DNA from: Spirochaetaceae bacterium
GTDB taxonomy: Bacteria > Spirochaetota > Spirochaetia > DSM-2461
Reading direction: 5' to 3'
DNA length: 64,000 bases
Assembly: GCA_051531975.1 (NCBI GenBank)
Contig: JAOPTT010000010.1
Coordinates: 96,001-160,000, forward strand
Every line of letters starts with the position of its first letter. Position 1 is the stretch's first letter. Both the position numbers and the translations under genes were made by a program. The notes beneath the pieces were generated by a model, which worked only from the letters and a program-made list of their open reading frames with translations, did not search any database and was not told the DNA's origin. Positions 40,895 through 50,789 of the stretch are shown here, in pieces.

Positions 40895-42361
40895 ATGAAC
40901 GGATTTTCAATTTCAGAGTACCATGATACAAAAGAGATATATAAAAAACTATATGAACTATTAGATCAGCCAATAAGAACAATAAAAAAAAGTGCATTAG
41001 ATGGTTATTTAAAAAATTATTTCGATAAAAAATGTACTAAATCAAAGGAAATGACTAATAAAGCCATGGAATATATTCCAGGTGGCGTTCAGCATAACTT
41101 AGCGTTTAACTACCCATTCCCCTTAGTATTTACTAAAGCTGACGGGGCTTATTTAGAGGATTTAGATGGAAATAGTTATATTGATTTTTTACAAGCTGGT
41201 GGGCCAACTGTTTTGGGAAGTAACGATAAAGAAATTAGAGGAAAACTAATAGAACTATTAAATACGACTGGTCCCTCCACAGGTCTATTCCACGAATATG
41301 AGTTAAAACTAGCCAAGATAATTACAGAATTTATACCCTCTGTTGATATGTTTAGAATGTTAGGCTCAGGTACTGAAGCGGATATGGCATCAATAAGAAT
41401 TGCTAGGCTTGCAACTAAAAATATGAACATAGTTAAAATGGGTGGAGCATACCATGGGTGGAGTGATCAACTAGCATACGGTATTCGTATTCCTGGTACT
41501 ATGCATTTAGAAGCACACGGTGTTCCAAGGCATATATTCAAACATACACAGGAGTTTTTTCCTAACGACTTAAAATCCCTAGAGAGAGTCTTAAAACGTA
41601 ATAAGTTTAGAGGTGGTACAGCAGCTGTATTAATTGAGCCTATTGGACCTGAAAGTGGGACAAGACCACTTGATAAAGATTTTAATGCTGGAGTTAGAAA
41701 GTTATGTGATAAATATGGAGCACTTTTAATATTTGATGAAGTTGTAACAGCATTTAGAATTGGTATGAGTGGTGCCCAGGGTTATTTTGGAGTTGAACCA
41801 GATTTAACAGTTTTTGGTAAGGTTATAGCTGGAGGATATCCGTCGGCTGGTGGTATTGGTGGCAAAAAAAAATATATGGACTACCTCGGAGCTGGTATTC
41901 AGGCTGGACATAAAAAAGCACTAGTTGGCGGAACAATGGCTGCTAACCCTCTCTCCTGTGCAGCTGGTTATTATACCCTTAAAAAAATGGCAGAAACTAA
42001 TGCCTGTGAGAAAGCTGGTAAGGCAGGGGACAGATTAACAAAAGGTCTGCAAACTTTAATAAAAAAATATGATCTACCATTTGTTGCGTTTAACCAAGGA
42101 TCTATATGTCATTTAGAAACAGTTGGTACAATGTTATTACATGTAGATCTAAAAGAGTTTTGGAAGATAAAATCTACAATTAAAGAAGCAAAAACTAGAA
42201 AAGTAGCAATGGAAGAGATGGGTGCTGCTTGTATGGCCGAAGGTATTGTTACCCTTGCAGGTAGTAGATTATATACATCAGCTGCCCAAACTGATGGTAT
42301 AATAGACGAGGCCTTAATTAGGTTTGAAAGAGTTTTTAAAAATATGCAGGGGGTAGAATAG
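40895..42361 (+). CDS. Class III PLP aminotransferase (GSA aminomutase-like)
   Basis: IPGGVQHN, SGTEADM, AYHGWSD, LIFDEVVTAFR, VFGKVIAGG and GGTMAANPL. Confidence 0.88.
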   Translation: MNGFSISEYHDTKEIYKKLYELLDQPIRTIKKSALDGYLKNYFDKKCTKSKEMTNKAMEYIPGGVQHNLAFNYPFPLVFTKADGAYLEDLDGNSYIDFLQAGGPTVLGSNDKEIRGKLIELLNTTGPSTGLFHEYELKLAKIITEFIPSVDMFRMLGSGTEADMASIRIARLATKNMNIVKMGGAYHGWSDQLAYGIRIPGTMHLEAHGVPRHIFKHTQEFFPNDLKSLERVLKRNKFRGGTAAVLIEPIGPESGTRPLDKDFNAGVRKLCDKYGALLIFDEVVTAFRIGMSGAQGYFGVEPDLTVFGKVIAGGYPSAGGIGGKKKYMDYLGAGIQAGHKKALVGGTMAANPLSCAAGYYTLKKMAETNACEKAGKAGDRLTKGLQTLIKKYDLPFVAFNQGSICHLETVGTMLLHVDLKEFWKIKSTIKEAKTRKVAMEEMGAACMAEGIVTLAGSRLYTSAAQTDGIIDEALIRFERVFKNMQGVE

Positions 42362-43443
42362 TGGTTATAGATAACTTACCAATGCGAGAAGAGTTATGCC
42401 AAACTGGGGTTGCACTATCAAACCAGGGTTTAGTTGCAAGAACTTGGGGTAACTTAAGCATTAGAATTACAAGTGATAAATTTATTATCAGTCCATCAGG
42501 TATATTTTACCAAGACACAGAACCAAAACATCTATCATTAGTTAATATAAGTGATGGAAAGTGGGTTGGGGATTTTAAACCTAGTTCAGAAAAAAGTTTA
42601 CATGCATGTATTTATGCACAGGATAACAATATTTCAGCAATAATTCATACTCACCAGATAGCAGCTAGTGCCGTCGCTGCTGCAAGAGTGACAATTGGTA
42701 ACAATATAACACTTGCAAAATATGCACTACCAACAACAGGGACTTTAGCTAAATATGGTTCAAAGGCATTTTCTCTATCTAAACCGTTTATAAAAGGTTC
42801 ATCGGCTAGAGCAGTACTTTTAGCAAATCATGGAACAATAATAGCAGCAAACAGTATGAAAGAAGCTTTTGACGCTGCAATAGAATTAGAAAAAATTGCT
42901 ACTGAGTTTGTTAAATCTAAGTTTGTATCTACAGGTAGTCTACTTTCTAAAGCATATAAAAGTGCCCAGGTAGCTAATTTTGAAAGTAAACTCTATAAAC
43001 GATTAGATACTAATAGACCTAAATTAATAGATGAATTATTTAATACTAGGGAGGATCTGAATTTCATTCTTCACTCTAAGGAACCAAATACTTACGCACT
43101 ATCCGAGACTGGATTAACATTAAAACCACTTTTGGATGACTTAGCACAACTAATTGGAACAAAAGTTGGGTCTGTAAATGTCTCTTTAGATTCCCATCTT
43201 CCTAAAAATGAACCTGGAAGTAGAAATGCCTTTTTTTTAAAGGGCAATGGAGCACTTTGTTTTGCGGAGACAAAACTTGATGTATACGCAGTACAATTAG
43301 TTCTAGAAAAGGGCTCTAGGAGTTTAATAGACTCTGAAATATTAGGTGGTGGGCATAGAATCTCATTATTAGAGTCCTTTTTAATGAGATTTATTTACAA
43401 AAAGAAATATAGTAAAATGAGTTTGAATACAAAAGAGGAGTAA
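42361..43443 (+). CDS. Class II aldolase/adducin family protein
   Basis: TWGNLSIR, ISPSG, PSSEKSLH, IIHTH and LLANHG. The C-terminal half looks like a degenerate second domain. Confidence 0.85.
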   Translation: MVIDNLPMREELCQTGVALSNQGLVARTWGNLSIRITSDKFIISPSGIFYQDTEPKHLSLVNISDGKWVGDFKPSSEKSLHACIYAQDNNISAIIHTHQIAASAVAAARVTIGNNITLAKYALPTTGTLAKYGSKAFSLSKPFIKGSSARAVLLANHGTIIAANSMKEAFDAAIELEKIATEFVKSKFVSTGSLLSKAYKSAQVANFESKLYKRLDTNRPKLIDELFNTREDLNFILHSKEPNTYALSETGLTLKPLLDDLAQLIGTKVGSVNVSLDSHLPKNEPGSRNAFFLKGNGALCFAETKLDVYAVQLVLEKGSRSLIDSEILGGGHRISLLESFLMRFIYKKKYSKMSLNTKEE

Positions 43444-43446
43444 TTT

Positions 43447-44103
43447 ATGGGAAAGTATCATAACGACATTTTTGACAGAATACCTCAGGATAAAAAAAAG
43501 CTTATTTACAAAGTAGCTACTAGTGAATTTTCAGCTGCTGGATACTCAGGTGCAAATATAAATACTATTGCAGATAAAATAGGCATTAGCGTAGGAAGTT
43601 TATATAAATATTTTAGCACCAAAGAAAACCTATTTTTATCTACTGTAGAACTTGGTAGGGAATCTTTAAAACAGGCATTTAACTACCTTTCGACCCTTGA
43701 AGGTGGTCTATTTTTTAAAATTGACGAAGTTATACAAATTATACAGGAACACTCTAAAGAACACCCTGATATGATTATTTTATATAATGAATTAACAACT
43801 GTTGGTTATGCCGATCTTACAAAAAAATTATCAAATCAGATGGAAACAATATCAGCTGATTATTATTCTGGGCTTATAGAAGATGCACAAAACAGTGGAG
43901 AAATACTTAATAAATCCGATGCCAAATCCCTAGCACTTTTTATTGATAACCTTCTTCTAAATCTACAATTTAGCTATTCTAATGAATATTATAAAGAGAG
44001 AATGAGTATATATTTAGGGGAAAAAACAGTAAATGATAAGCAGATAAGAGAAGATTTATTAACTTTTATAAAAAATGCTCTGATTGAAGGTGATAATGGA
44101 TAA
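43447..44103 (+). CDS. TetR/AcrR family regulator
   Basis: EFSAAGYSGANINTIADKIGISVGSLYKYFSTKENLF. Confidence 0.92.
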   Translation: MGKYHNDIFDRIPQDKKKLIYKVATSEFSAAGYSGANINTIADKIGISVGSLYKYFSTKENLFLSTVELGRESLKQAFNYLSTLEGGLFFKIDEVIQIIQEHSKEHPDMIILYNELTTVGYADLTKKLSNQMETISADYYSGLIEDAQNSGEILNKSDAKSLALFIDNLLLNLQFSYSNEYYKERMSIYLGEKTVNDKQIREDLLTFIKNALIEGDNG

Positions 44104-45691
44104 ATATATTCTTAGCTACGATGTTGGTACCACGAGTACTAAAACATGTATCTATAGCTTTAATGGAACACTAAAACTAGAAAGCAGTGCTGGTGCAGAA
44201 TATAGTTTATATATATCAAAAGGTGGTATTGCAGAACAGAACCCAAAAGACTGGGTTGATGCCCTGGCAATGACTACTAAAAAAATACTGTATGAACTTG
44301 ATATTAAACCAACTCAAATAGCTGGAATTAGCTTCTGTTCCCAAATGCAAGGCCTGATTTTAATAGATAAAAATGGGGAGCCAATTAGACCAGCAATGAG
44401 TTATATGGATAACAGAGGTACTAAACAAAAAGATCAGTTTATGAAAGCTGGTCCAAGGGTTATGGACTTAAGAGTAGATGCTGCAATATCTGGGTTAATA
44501 GTTAATGGTGGTGTACCAGCTAGTAGTAAAGATCCTATTTGGAAGTACCTGTGGGTAAAAGAGAACCACCCTAAACAGTTTAAAAAAATAAAATACTGGT
44601 TAGATGTAAAAGAGTACTTAATATATGTTTTAACTGGAAATGCTATTATGACAGAGGATACAGCTTTTGCAACATTTTTATACGATACAAGAAAAAACAG
44701 AGGTTCTTGGAATAAAGGGCTAATAAAAAAATATAAAGTTGAAGCGTCCCATCTGCCTATAGTGATACAAGCTAGTGATATAGCAGGATATACAACAGAA
44801 AGTGCTGCTAATGTCCTAGGTCTTATTCCTGGGATACCTGTATTTGGTAGCGGAGGTGATGCAACGTTAATTCCTCTAGGTTCAGGTACAACAAAACCTG
44901 GGGATACCCACATTTACACAGGCACCTCAGGTTGGGTATCTACAATTGTAGATAAAAGAAAAATCGATATTGATTCAATGATAGCCTCTGTACCAGCTGC
45001 AAACAGTGGTTTTTATAACTTTTTTGCAGAGCAGGAGACTGCAGGTAAATGCCTAGAATGGGTTAAAGACCATCTGGCTTTAGACGAGATAAATGTTTAT
45101 CTATCTAAAAAAACTGTTATAGAAGAGCCTTCTGCCCTGCATAAATCACTTTATAGCTATTTAGTAGATGTTATTTCTAAACAAGCAATCGGTTCTGGTG
45201 GTGTAATATTCACTCCATGGTTACACGGCAACAGATCGCCATTCGAAGACCCAAACTCTAGGGGGATGTTTTTTAATTTATCATTAGAAACTGGTAAGGC
45301 ATCTATGATTCGAGCAGTTTTAGAAGGGATTATTTTTAACCAATTTTGGCTTTTAGAGTCTATAGAAAAAAGTATAACTACCAATAAAAAGTTACGTTTT
45401 GTTGGTGGTGCTGCCCAAAACAAATACATAAGCCAGATGATAGCAGATATTTTTAATAGGACAATAGAAGTTCCAGAGGGCCCACAATATGTAGGGGCTA
45501 ATGGTGCTGCAATAGTTGCTGCCGTTGGTTTAAACTGGATAACAAGCTTTGACAATGTATCAAAATCTATAAAAATTGCTCATGTTTCAAAACCAAATTA
45601 TAATAATCATCTAGAATACAGGAAGAATTATTTAGTTTTTAAGAAATTATATAAGGCCAATAAAAAACTTTTTAATGAATTAAATAATTAA
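44096..45691 (+). CDS. FGGY-family carbohydrate kinase (xylulokinase-like)
   Basis: YDVGTTSTK, AEQNP, YMDNRG, GTSGW, PWLHGNRSP and VGGAAQ. Confidence 0.9.
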   Translation: MDKYILSYDVGTTSTKTCIYSFNGTLKLESSAGAEYSLYISKGGIAEQNPKDWVDALAMTTKKILYELDIKPTQIAGISFCSQMQGLILIDKNGEPIRPAMSYMDNRGTKQKDQFMKAGPRVMDLRVDAAISGLIVNGGVPASSKDPIWKYLWVKENHPKQFKKIKYWLDVKEYLIYVLTGNAIMTEDTAFATFLYDTRKNRGSWNKGLIKKYKVEASHLPIVIQASDIAGYTTESAANVLGLIPGIPVFGSGGDATLIPLGSGTTKPGDTHIYTGTSGWVSTIVDKRKIDIDSMIASVPAANSGFYNFFAEQETAGKCLEWVKDHLALDEINVYLSKKTVIEEPSALHKSLYSYLVDVISKQAIGSGGVIFTPWLHGNRSPFEDPNSRGMFFNLSLETGKASMIRAVLEGIIFNQFWLLESIEKSITTNKKLRFVGGAAQNKYISQMIADIFNRTIEVPEGPQYVGANGAAIVAAVGLNWITSFDNVSKSIKIAHVSKPNYNNHLEYRKNYLVFKKLYKANKKLFNELNN

Positions 45692-45700
45692 TTTTATTAA

Positions 45701-45733
45701 CTGCACACTATCTGCACAAAAGACCACTAAAAT
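45701..45733 (+). promoter_or_regulatory. Tandem direct repeat CTGCACA-N4-CTGCACA (candidate OmpR-family site) with -10 box
   Basis: Repeats at 45701-45707 and 45712-45718 (11-bp period). TAAAAT at 45728-45733. Confidence 0.6.
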
Positions 45734-45752
45734 ATAACTAGGAGTTTATTAT

Positions 45753-47591
45753 ATGATATTTGAAATTTTAGTAGATGGTATGACTTGTGGTGGCTGTGAA
45801 CTGCATGTAGAAAAAGCGGTTTCAGAAATTGATGGTGTAAAAAAGGTTAAGGCCAATAATGCAACTTCAAAAGTTATAATAAACACAGATGACTGGGTGA
45901 CAATAGAAAATAGTCAAGATTTTTTAGATACAGTTAGTAATAAAATTAAAGACTCAGGATATGAGTATAAAGGTAAATATATTAAAAGAAGTAATAACTT
46001 TTCATTGAAACAGTGGGTTGGAATAATCATAATTTTTGCAGCTTTATATTTGGTTGTAAAAGAGACTGGTATTTTAAATAGACTGCCAGTAATAAAAAGT
46101 ACAATGAGTTATGGGTTTATATTTATTATTGGACTCTTAACTTCTGTCCACTGTATAGGAATGTGTGGTGGTATTAACTTATCGGTAAGTATTACAGGTC
46201 TAACTAAGAAGCATAAATTTAATAATGCAATCCTCTATAATTTAGGTAGAGTAATTTCCTACACTATTATTGGTGGAATTGTTGGTGCTATCGGCTCAGT
46301 ATTATCAATTACAGGTAGCATGCAGGGTATTATTGTTGGAATTGCAGGAATATTCATGATTTTAATGGCTATTAAAATGTTTGGGCTATTTCCTATAATT
46401 GATAAAATCATACCAAAACTACCAAAGGTTTTAACAAATAAAATAATTGGTTCAGGTACTGGTAGAGGTCCATTTATTATTGGATTTCTAAATGGTTTTA
46501 TGCCGTGTGGTCCATTACAATCAATCCAAATATACGCTCTAAGCACGGGAAGTGCCTTTTCTGGTGCTCTTTCAATGTTTCTATTTAGTTTAGGAACAGT
46601 TCCTTTAATGTTAGGTTTTGGTTCTATAGCTTCTGTTCTTCCTAAAAAGTTCCATAGTAAGATTCTTAAAATAAGTGCTCTTTTAGTTCTGTTATTAGGA
46701 GCAGGTATGGTTATTAGAGGAATGAATTTAAATGGTGTATCTCTACCAGGATCAAATAGTTCAAACCTTAAATCTGAAAATGTACGAATTGCTAAAATAT
46801 CAGGGGATAAACAGTATGTAACTACGATTATGCACTCTGGTGAATACGAACCATTTATAGTACAAGCTGGTATTCCTGTTGTCTGGACAATAGTTGCAGA
46901 TGAAGATCAACTTAATGGATGTAATAACCCATTAACTGTACCTAAATACGATATAAGATTTCAGATGGAACCAGGGGAAAATATTATAGAGTTCACTCCA
47001 CCAGCAGATGCCACAACTATTACATATACATGTTGGATGGGTATGATAACAAGTGGAATATCAGTTGTAGAGGACTTAAACTCTATAGATTCGTCACAAA
47101 TAGAAGAAGCTGCTGCTCTTTCTGCTGAATCCAGTGGTGGTTGTGGTGGTGGTTGTTGCAGTACTGGTGGCGACACTGGCGACAGTACAGGGAACATTTT
47201 AGAATATACCCTACCCTCAATTAATACAGAAAACATTGGACTAGCTTCTATCCAGGATGAAATTCAGATAGCCACGGTTAATATTACTGGGGATGGTTTT
47301 GAACCTGGAGTTATTGTTCTGCAGAAAGATATTCCGACTACATGGCTAATAAATGGTACACAGTTAGATGAAAAAAACTACCGTTTACTGTTTCCAGCAT
47401 ATAATAATAGGGGTATAGAACTAACAGAAGGTGAAAATGTTATAGAGATAATGCCTCAATTGGATTTCCAATACTATTCATGGAGACAAGACTTTGGTGG
47501 TTATGTTAAAGTTGTAGACGATCTAACGAATATAAACCTAGATGAAATTAAGAAGGATGTAGAAATCTTTAATGATAAATTTAAAAGATAA
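45753..47591 (+). CDS. HMA domain + DsbD_2/TauE-like membrane domain + cupredoxin-like domains (metal homeostasis)
   Basis: GMTCGGC, SVHCIGMCGG, YNLGRVISY, FMPCGPLQ and GCNNP...YTCWMGM. Confidence 0.85.
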   Translation: MIFEILVDGMTCGGCELHVEKAVSEIDGVKKVKANNATSKVIINTDDWVTIENSQDFLDTVSNKIKDSGYEYKGKYIKRSNNFSLKQWVGIIIIFAALYLVVKETGILNRLPVIKSTMSYGFIFIIGLLTSVHCIGMCGGINLSVSITGLTKKHKFNNAILYNLGRVISYTIIGGIVGAIGSVLSITGSMQGIIVGIAGIFMILMAIKMFGLFPIIDKIIPKLPKVLTNKIIGSGTGRGPFIIGFLNGFMPCGPLQSIQIYALSTGSAFSGALSMFLFSLGTVPLMLGFGSIASVLPKKFHSKILKISALLVLLLGAGMVIRGMNLNGVSLPGSNSSNLKSENVRIAKISGDKQYVTTIMHSGEYEPFIVQAGIPVVWTIVADEDQLNGCNNPLTVPKYDIRFQMEPGENIIEFTPPADATTITYTCWMGMITSGISVVEDLNSIDSSQIEEAAALSAESSGGCGGGCCSTGGDTGDSTGNILEYTLPSINTENIGLASIQDEIQIATVNITGDGFEPGVIVLQKDIPTTWLINGTQLDEKNYRLLFPAYNNRGIELTEGENVIEIMPQLDFQYYSWRQDFGGYVKVVDDLTNINLDEIKKDVEIFNDKFKR

Positions 47592-47593
47592 AA

Positions 47594-48277
47594 ATGGCTA
47601 ATATTTTAATAATTGAAGATGAAGTTAAAATTGCAAATGCAATCTCCGCGTATCTAAAAAATAGTGGACATACAGCTTTTATTGAACTTAACGGTAAAAG
47701 TGGATTATCGACATTTTCTAATAGAACCTTCGATCTTATTGTTCTTGATTTAATGTTACCTGATCTAAAAGGTGAAGAGATTTGCTCCTATATTAGGAGC
47801 AGATCCAGGGTTCCAATAATAATGTTAACTGCTAAATCAGATGAAATATCACAAATCCATGGTTTTAGAATTGGTGCTGACGATTTTATTACCAAACCAT
47901 TTAGCCCAAGAGTTTTAATGGTTCGGATCGAAGCACTACTTCGCCGGCATAACCAATCACCATTAGCTCAATTAATTGAGTTTGATTCTGGACGTATAAA
48001 AATAGATACAAAAAATAGTAGCTTAACCAAAGATAAGAGTTCAATTAATTTAACTCCTATAGAATTTAGCATATTAAAAAAACTAATATCTTCTCCAAAT
48101 AGAGTATTTTCAAGAGAAGAGATAATCCATGGTGTTATGGGTCCCGGTTTTGATGGAACAGACAGAACAATAGATTCTCATATAAGAAATTTGCGATATA
48201 AAATTGAAGATGATCCCAAAAATCCATCCTATATTTCTACTAGTAGAGGCAGGGGGTTTTATTTTAATGAAAAATAA
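47594..48277 (+). CDS. OmpR-family response regulator
   Basis: IIEDE, LDLMLP, MLTAK, GADDFITKPF and RTIDSHIRNLR. Confidence 0.95.
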   Translation: MANILIIEDEVKIANAISAYLKNSGHTAFIELNGKSGLSTFSNRTFDLIVLDLMLPDLKGEEICSYIRSRSRVPIIMLTAKSDEISQIHGFRIGADDFITKPFSPRVLMVRIEALLRRHNQSPLAQLIEFDSGRIKIDTKNSSLTKDKSSINLTPIEFSILKKLISSPNRVFSREEIIHGVMGPGFDGTDRTIDSHIRNLRYKIEDDPKNPSYISTSRGRGFYFNEK

Positions 48278-49625
48278 AAAGAGTATCTCGATTGCTCTTA
48301 GAATAACATTCTACTCTGCAACTTCAATTACAATCGCAGTTTTAATTATGGGTCTACTATTTACAATATTTTTGAACAGTCAGTTTAAAGATTATTTACA
48401 TTTAGAAAATAGTAAGATCAGAGATGAAATAGTATATAACTACTCTGTTTACGCAAAAAATAGTACAAAATTGGATCAACATTGGTTAGAACAGTTTAGT
48501 AATTTATATATGAAACAAGGCATGTTTATTAGTTTAACCGATAACTCTGGTGAAACACTTTGGAGTTGTCTGGATAATAATAGTAGTAGTTGTAACATGG
48601 ACATGGTGGAGATGAACTTAGAATCATTAGACTCTTTACAGTCCTCAACCTACAAGGTTCCAACTGGGGACATTAAGATTTCCTACATATCCCCAGAGGA
48701 CTACTCTGTAAACGATAAATCTTTTATATTTGAAACATATAAAATGTTACTACTTTCCATGGTTATATCACTTATAATCTCAGCCATTTCTTCTCTGTTA
48801 TTATCAAGATCTATGAGTAACCCACTTATAACGTTATCAGATTATGCTACAAGGTTAGCAAGTAGAGATTATAAAGCTTCAGATTCTTTTAAAAAAGGGA
48901 CAGTTGAAATTGATAATCTACACAGTGCAATAGAATATTTATCAAAATCTTTGAAAACAGGTGAAGTACTAAGAAAAAGATTAACCTCGGATATATCCCA
49001 CGATTTACGTACACCTCTTACTTCGATACAAAGTTACTTAGAAGCGATGATTGATGGTATATGGCCAGCAACTAAAGAGAGACTACAAGACTGTCACGAT
49101 GAAATAATACGGTTAGCAGGTTTAGTTAATAACCTTGAAGATTTAAACAGTTATGATGATAAAATTGATAAATTAAATTTATCAAAAGTTAAGATAAAAG
49201 ATTCAATTAAAACAGCACTAAAAATGTTTGAAAAGGAATTTCAGGCTTCAAATATACAACTGGATGTAACAGGAGAAGATGTAACAATATTAGTAGATGA
49301 GGATCGGCTAAAGCGAGTCTGGATAAATCTAATATCTAATTCTATAAAATTCATGAAAAATGAGGGCTTTATTAAAGTTAATATAGAAAGTAATACTAAA
49401 GTTGAAGTTACATTTTCTGATAACGGTATAGGTATAGACAAAATGGATATACCCTATATATTTGAACGTTTTTATAAAGTCGATGAATCCAGAAATATAG
49501 AAGGCTCAGGCTTAGGTCTATCAATTGTTAAAGAGATTATAGAACTTCATAAAGGTGATATAAGAGTAGAAAGTAATAAAAATAGTTTAACAACATTTAT
49601 TATTAGTTTGCCTTTAGGAGAATAA
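48267..49625 (+). CDS. Sensor histidine kinase (BaeS-like)
   Basis: 2 TM helices, HAMP, SHDLRTPL, NLISNSIKF, DNGIGI, FERFYK and GSGLGL. Confidence 0.93.
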   Translation: MKNKKSISIALRITFYSATSITIAVLIMGLLFTIFLNSQFKDYLHLENSKIRDEIVYNYSVYAKNSTKLDQHWLEQFSNLYMKQGMFISLTDNSGETLWSCLDNNSSSCNMDMVEMNLESLDSLQSSTYKVPTGDIKISYISPEDYSVNDKSFIFETYKMLLLSMVISLIISAISSLLLSRSMSNPLITLSDYATRLASRDYKASDSFKKGTVEIDNLHSAIEYLSKSLKTGEVLRKRLTSDISHDLRTPLTSIQSYLEAMIDGIWPATKERLQDCHDEIIRLAGLVNNLEDLNSYDDKIDKLNLSKVKIKDSIKTALKMFEKEFQASNIQLDVTGEDVTILVDEDRLKRVWINLISNSIKFMKNEGFIKVNIESNTKVEVTFSDNGIGIDKMDIPYIFERFYKVDESRNIEGSGLGLSIVKEIIELHKGDIRVESNKNSLTTFIISLPLGE

Positions 49626-49628
49626 GAT

Positions 49629-50780
49629 ATGATAAAAAAAGTAGTAAATCGACTTAAATCTAAGTGGTTAGGTTTATTAATATTGTTAATCCTGTTTTTA
49701 TTTATAAATTACAATAATAAAACAACCATTTTTAAGGTTAAAACAGATGATGAGATCATATTAACACAATCTTTTATTAAACAACATTTTCCCAAAATGA
49801 AGAGTTCCACTAATTCTAAAAAATTGAAGGGATGGAATATTATCAAGGATTCAAAAGGTAGAACTTTAGGTTATTATATTGTATCTGAAAATAATAGATG
49901 GAAGGTTACAGGTTATAATGGGAATGTTCCTATTTTTATAAAATTAGATGAAAACCAAAAAATTTCAGGAGTAGAACTACTAGATAACATAGAGACTCCC
50001 AGATTTTTATATAGACTATATTCTTTAAACTTTTTTAAATCTTGGAATGGTTTAACCCTATCGGAAGTAGCAGATTCTAATATTGATACGATAGCTGGTG
50101 TAACACTTACAAGTCAAACAGTAATATCAAATTTATTTGAAGTAATATTAAACACAGAGGCAATAAACGCAAAAAGAAAAGTTGACTATAAAAAAATAGT
50201 TATTATTACATGCCAATACCTTCTTTTACTTTTTGCATTATGTAGTTTTATAATTAAAGATCTAAAAAAATACAGGATCTGGTTCCTTGTATCTAATATA
50301 TTAATATTTGGATTCATTGCAGGTAATTTTATTTCTATGGCTATGTTAAAAGGATTTTTAACCGGGGCAGTACATTTTACTGCTAACCCAGTTTTATGGA
50401 TTACGGTTTTATTATCAGTAATATTACCATTAATTTCTAACAAATCTTTTTACTGCAATTATATTTGCCCATTTGGTGCAGCCCAGGAAATAGTTGGTAA
50501 AGTTAAAATAAAATTAAAAATATCAAAACAGATACATAAAACACTAAACTCTTTTAGACCAATATTGTTTGGAATTTTAACCCTATTAATTTTAATAAAT
50601 TACTCTATAGATCTTTCATTAATAGAACCTTTTGCCGCCTTTTTATACTCTGTTGCAGCACCAATAACAGTTATATTAGCAGTTGTATCACTGATAATAT
50701 CAGTTTTTATTGATAAGCCATGGTGTAAATGGTTTTGCCCAACTGGTCAAATGCTTGAGTATTTACGATCACAAAGTTAA
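49629..50780 (+). CDS. FMN-binding + 4Fe-4S-binding membrane protein (NosR/NirI-like)
   Basis: GYNGNVP, ETPRF, DTIAGVTLTS (flavinylation-type motif), YCNYICPFGAAQE and WCKWFCPTG. Confidence 0.85.
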   Translation: MIKKVVNRLKSKWLGLLILLILFLFINYNNKTTIFKVKTDDEIILTQSFIKQHFPKMKSSTNSKKLKGWNIIKDSKGRTLGYYIVSENNRWKVTGYNGNVPIFIKLDENQKISGVELLDNIETPRFLYRLYSLNFFKSWNGLTLSEVADSNIDTIAGVTLTSQTVISNLFEVILNTEAINAKRKVDYKKIVIITCQYLLLLFALCSFIIKDLKKYRIWFLVSNILIFGFIAGNFISMAMLKGFLTGAVHFTANPVLWITVLLSVILPLISNKSFYCNYICPFGAAQEIVGKVKIKLKISKQIHKTLNSFRPILFGILTLLILINYSIDLSLIEPFAAFLYSVAAPITVILAVVSLIISVFIDKPWCKWFCPTGQMLEYLRSQS

Positions 50781-50789
50781 TATACCAAA

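Noticed and set aside
40895..42361. Calling the aminotransferase hemL
   Set aside because: It has a long N-terminal extension, PGGVQHN instead of PGGVNSP, and a sugar-catabolic context with no tetrapyrrole genes.
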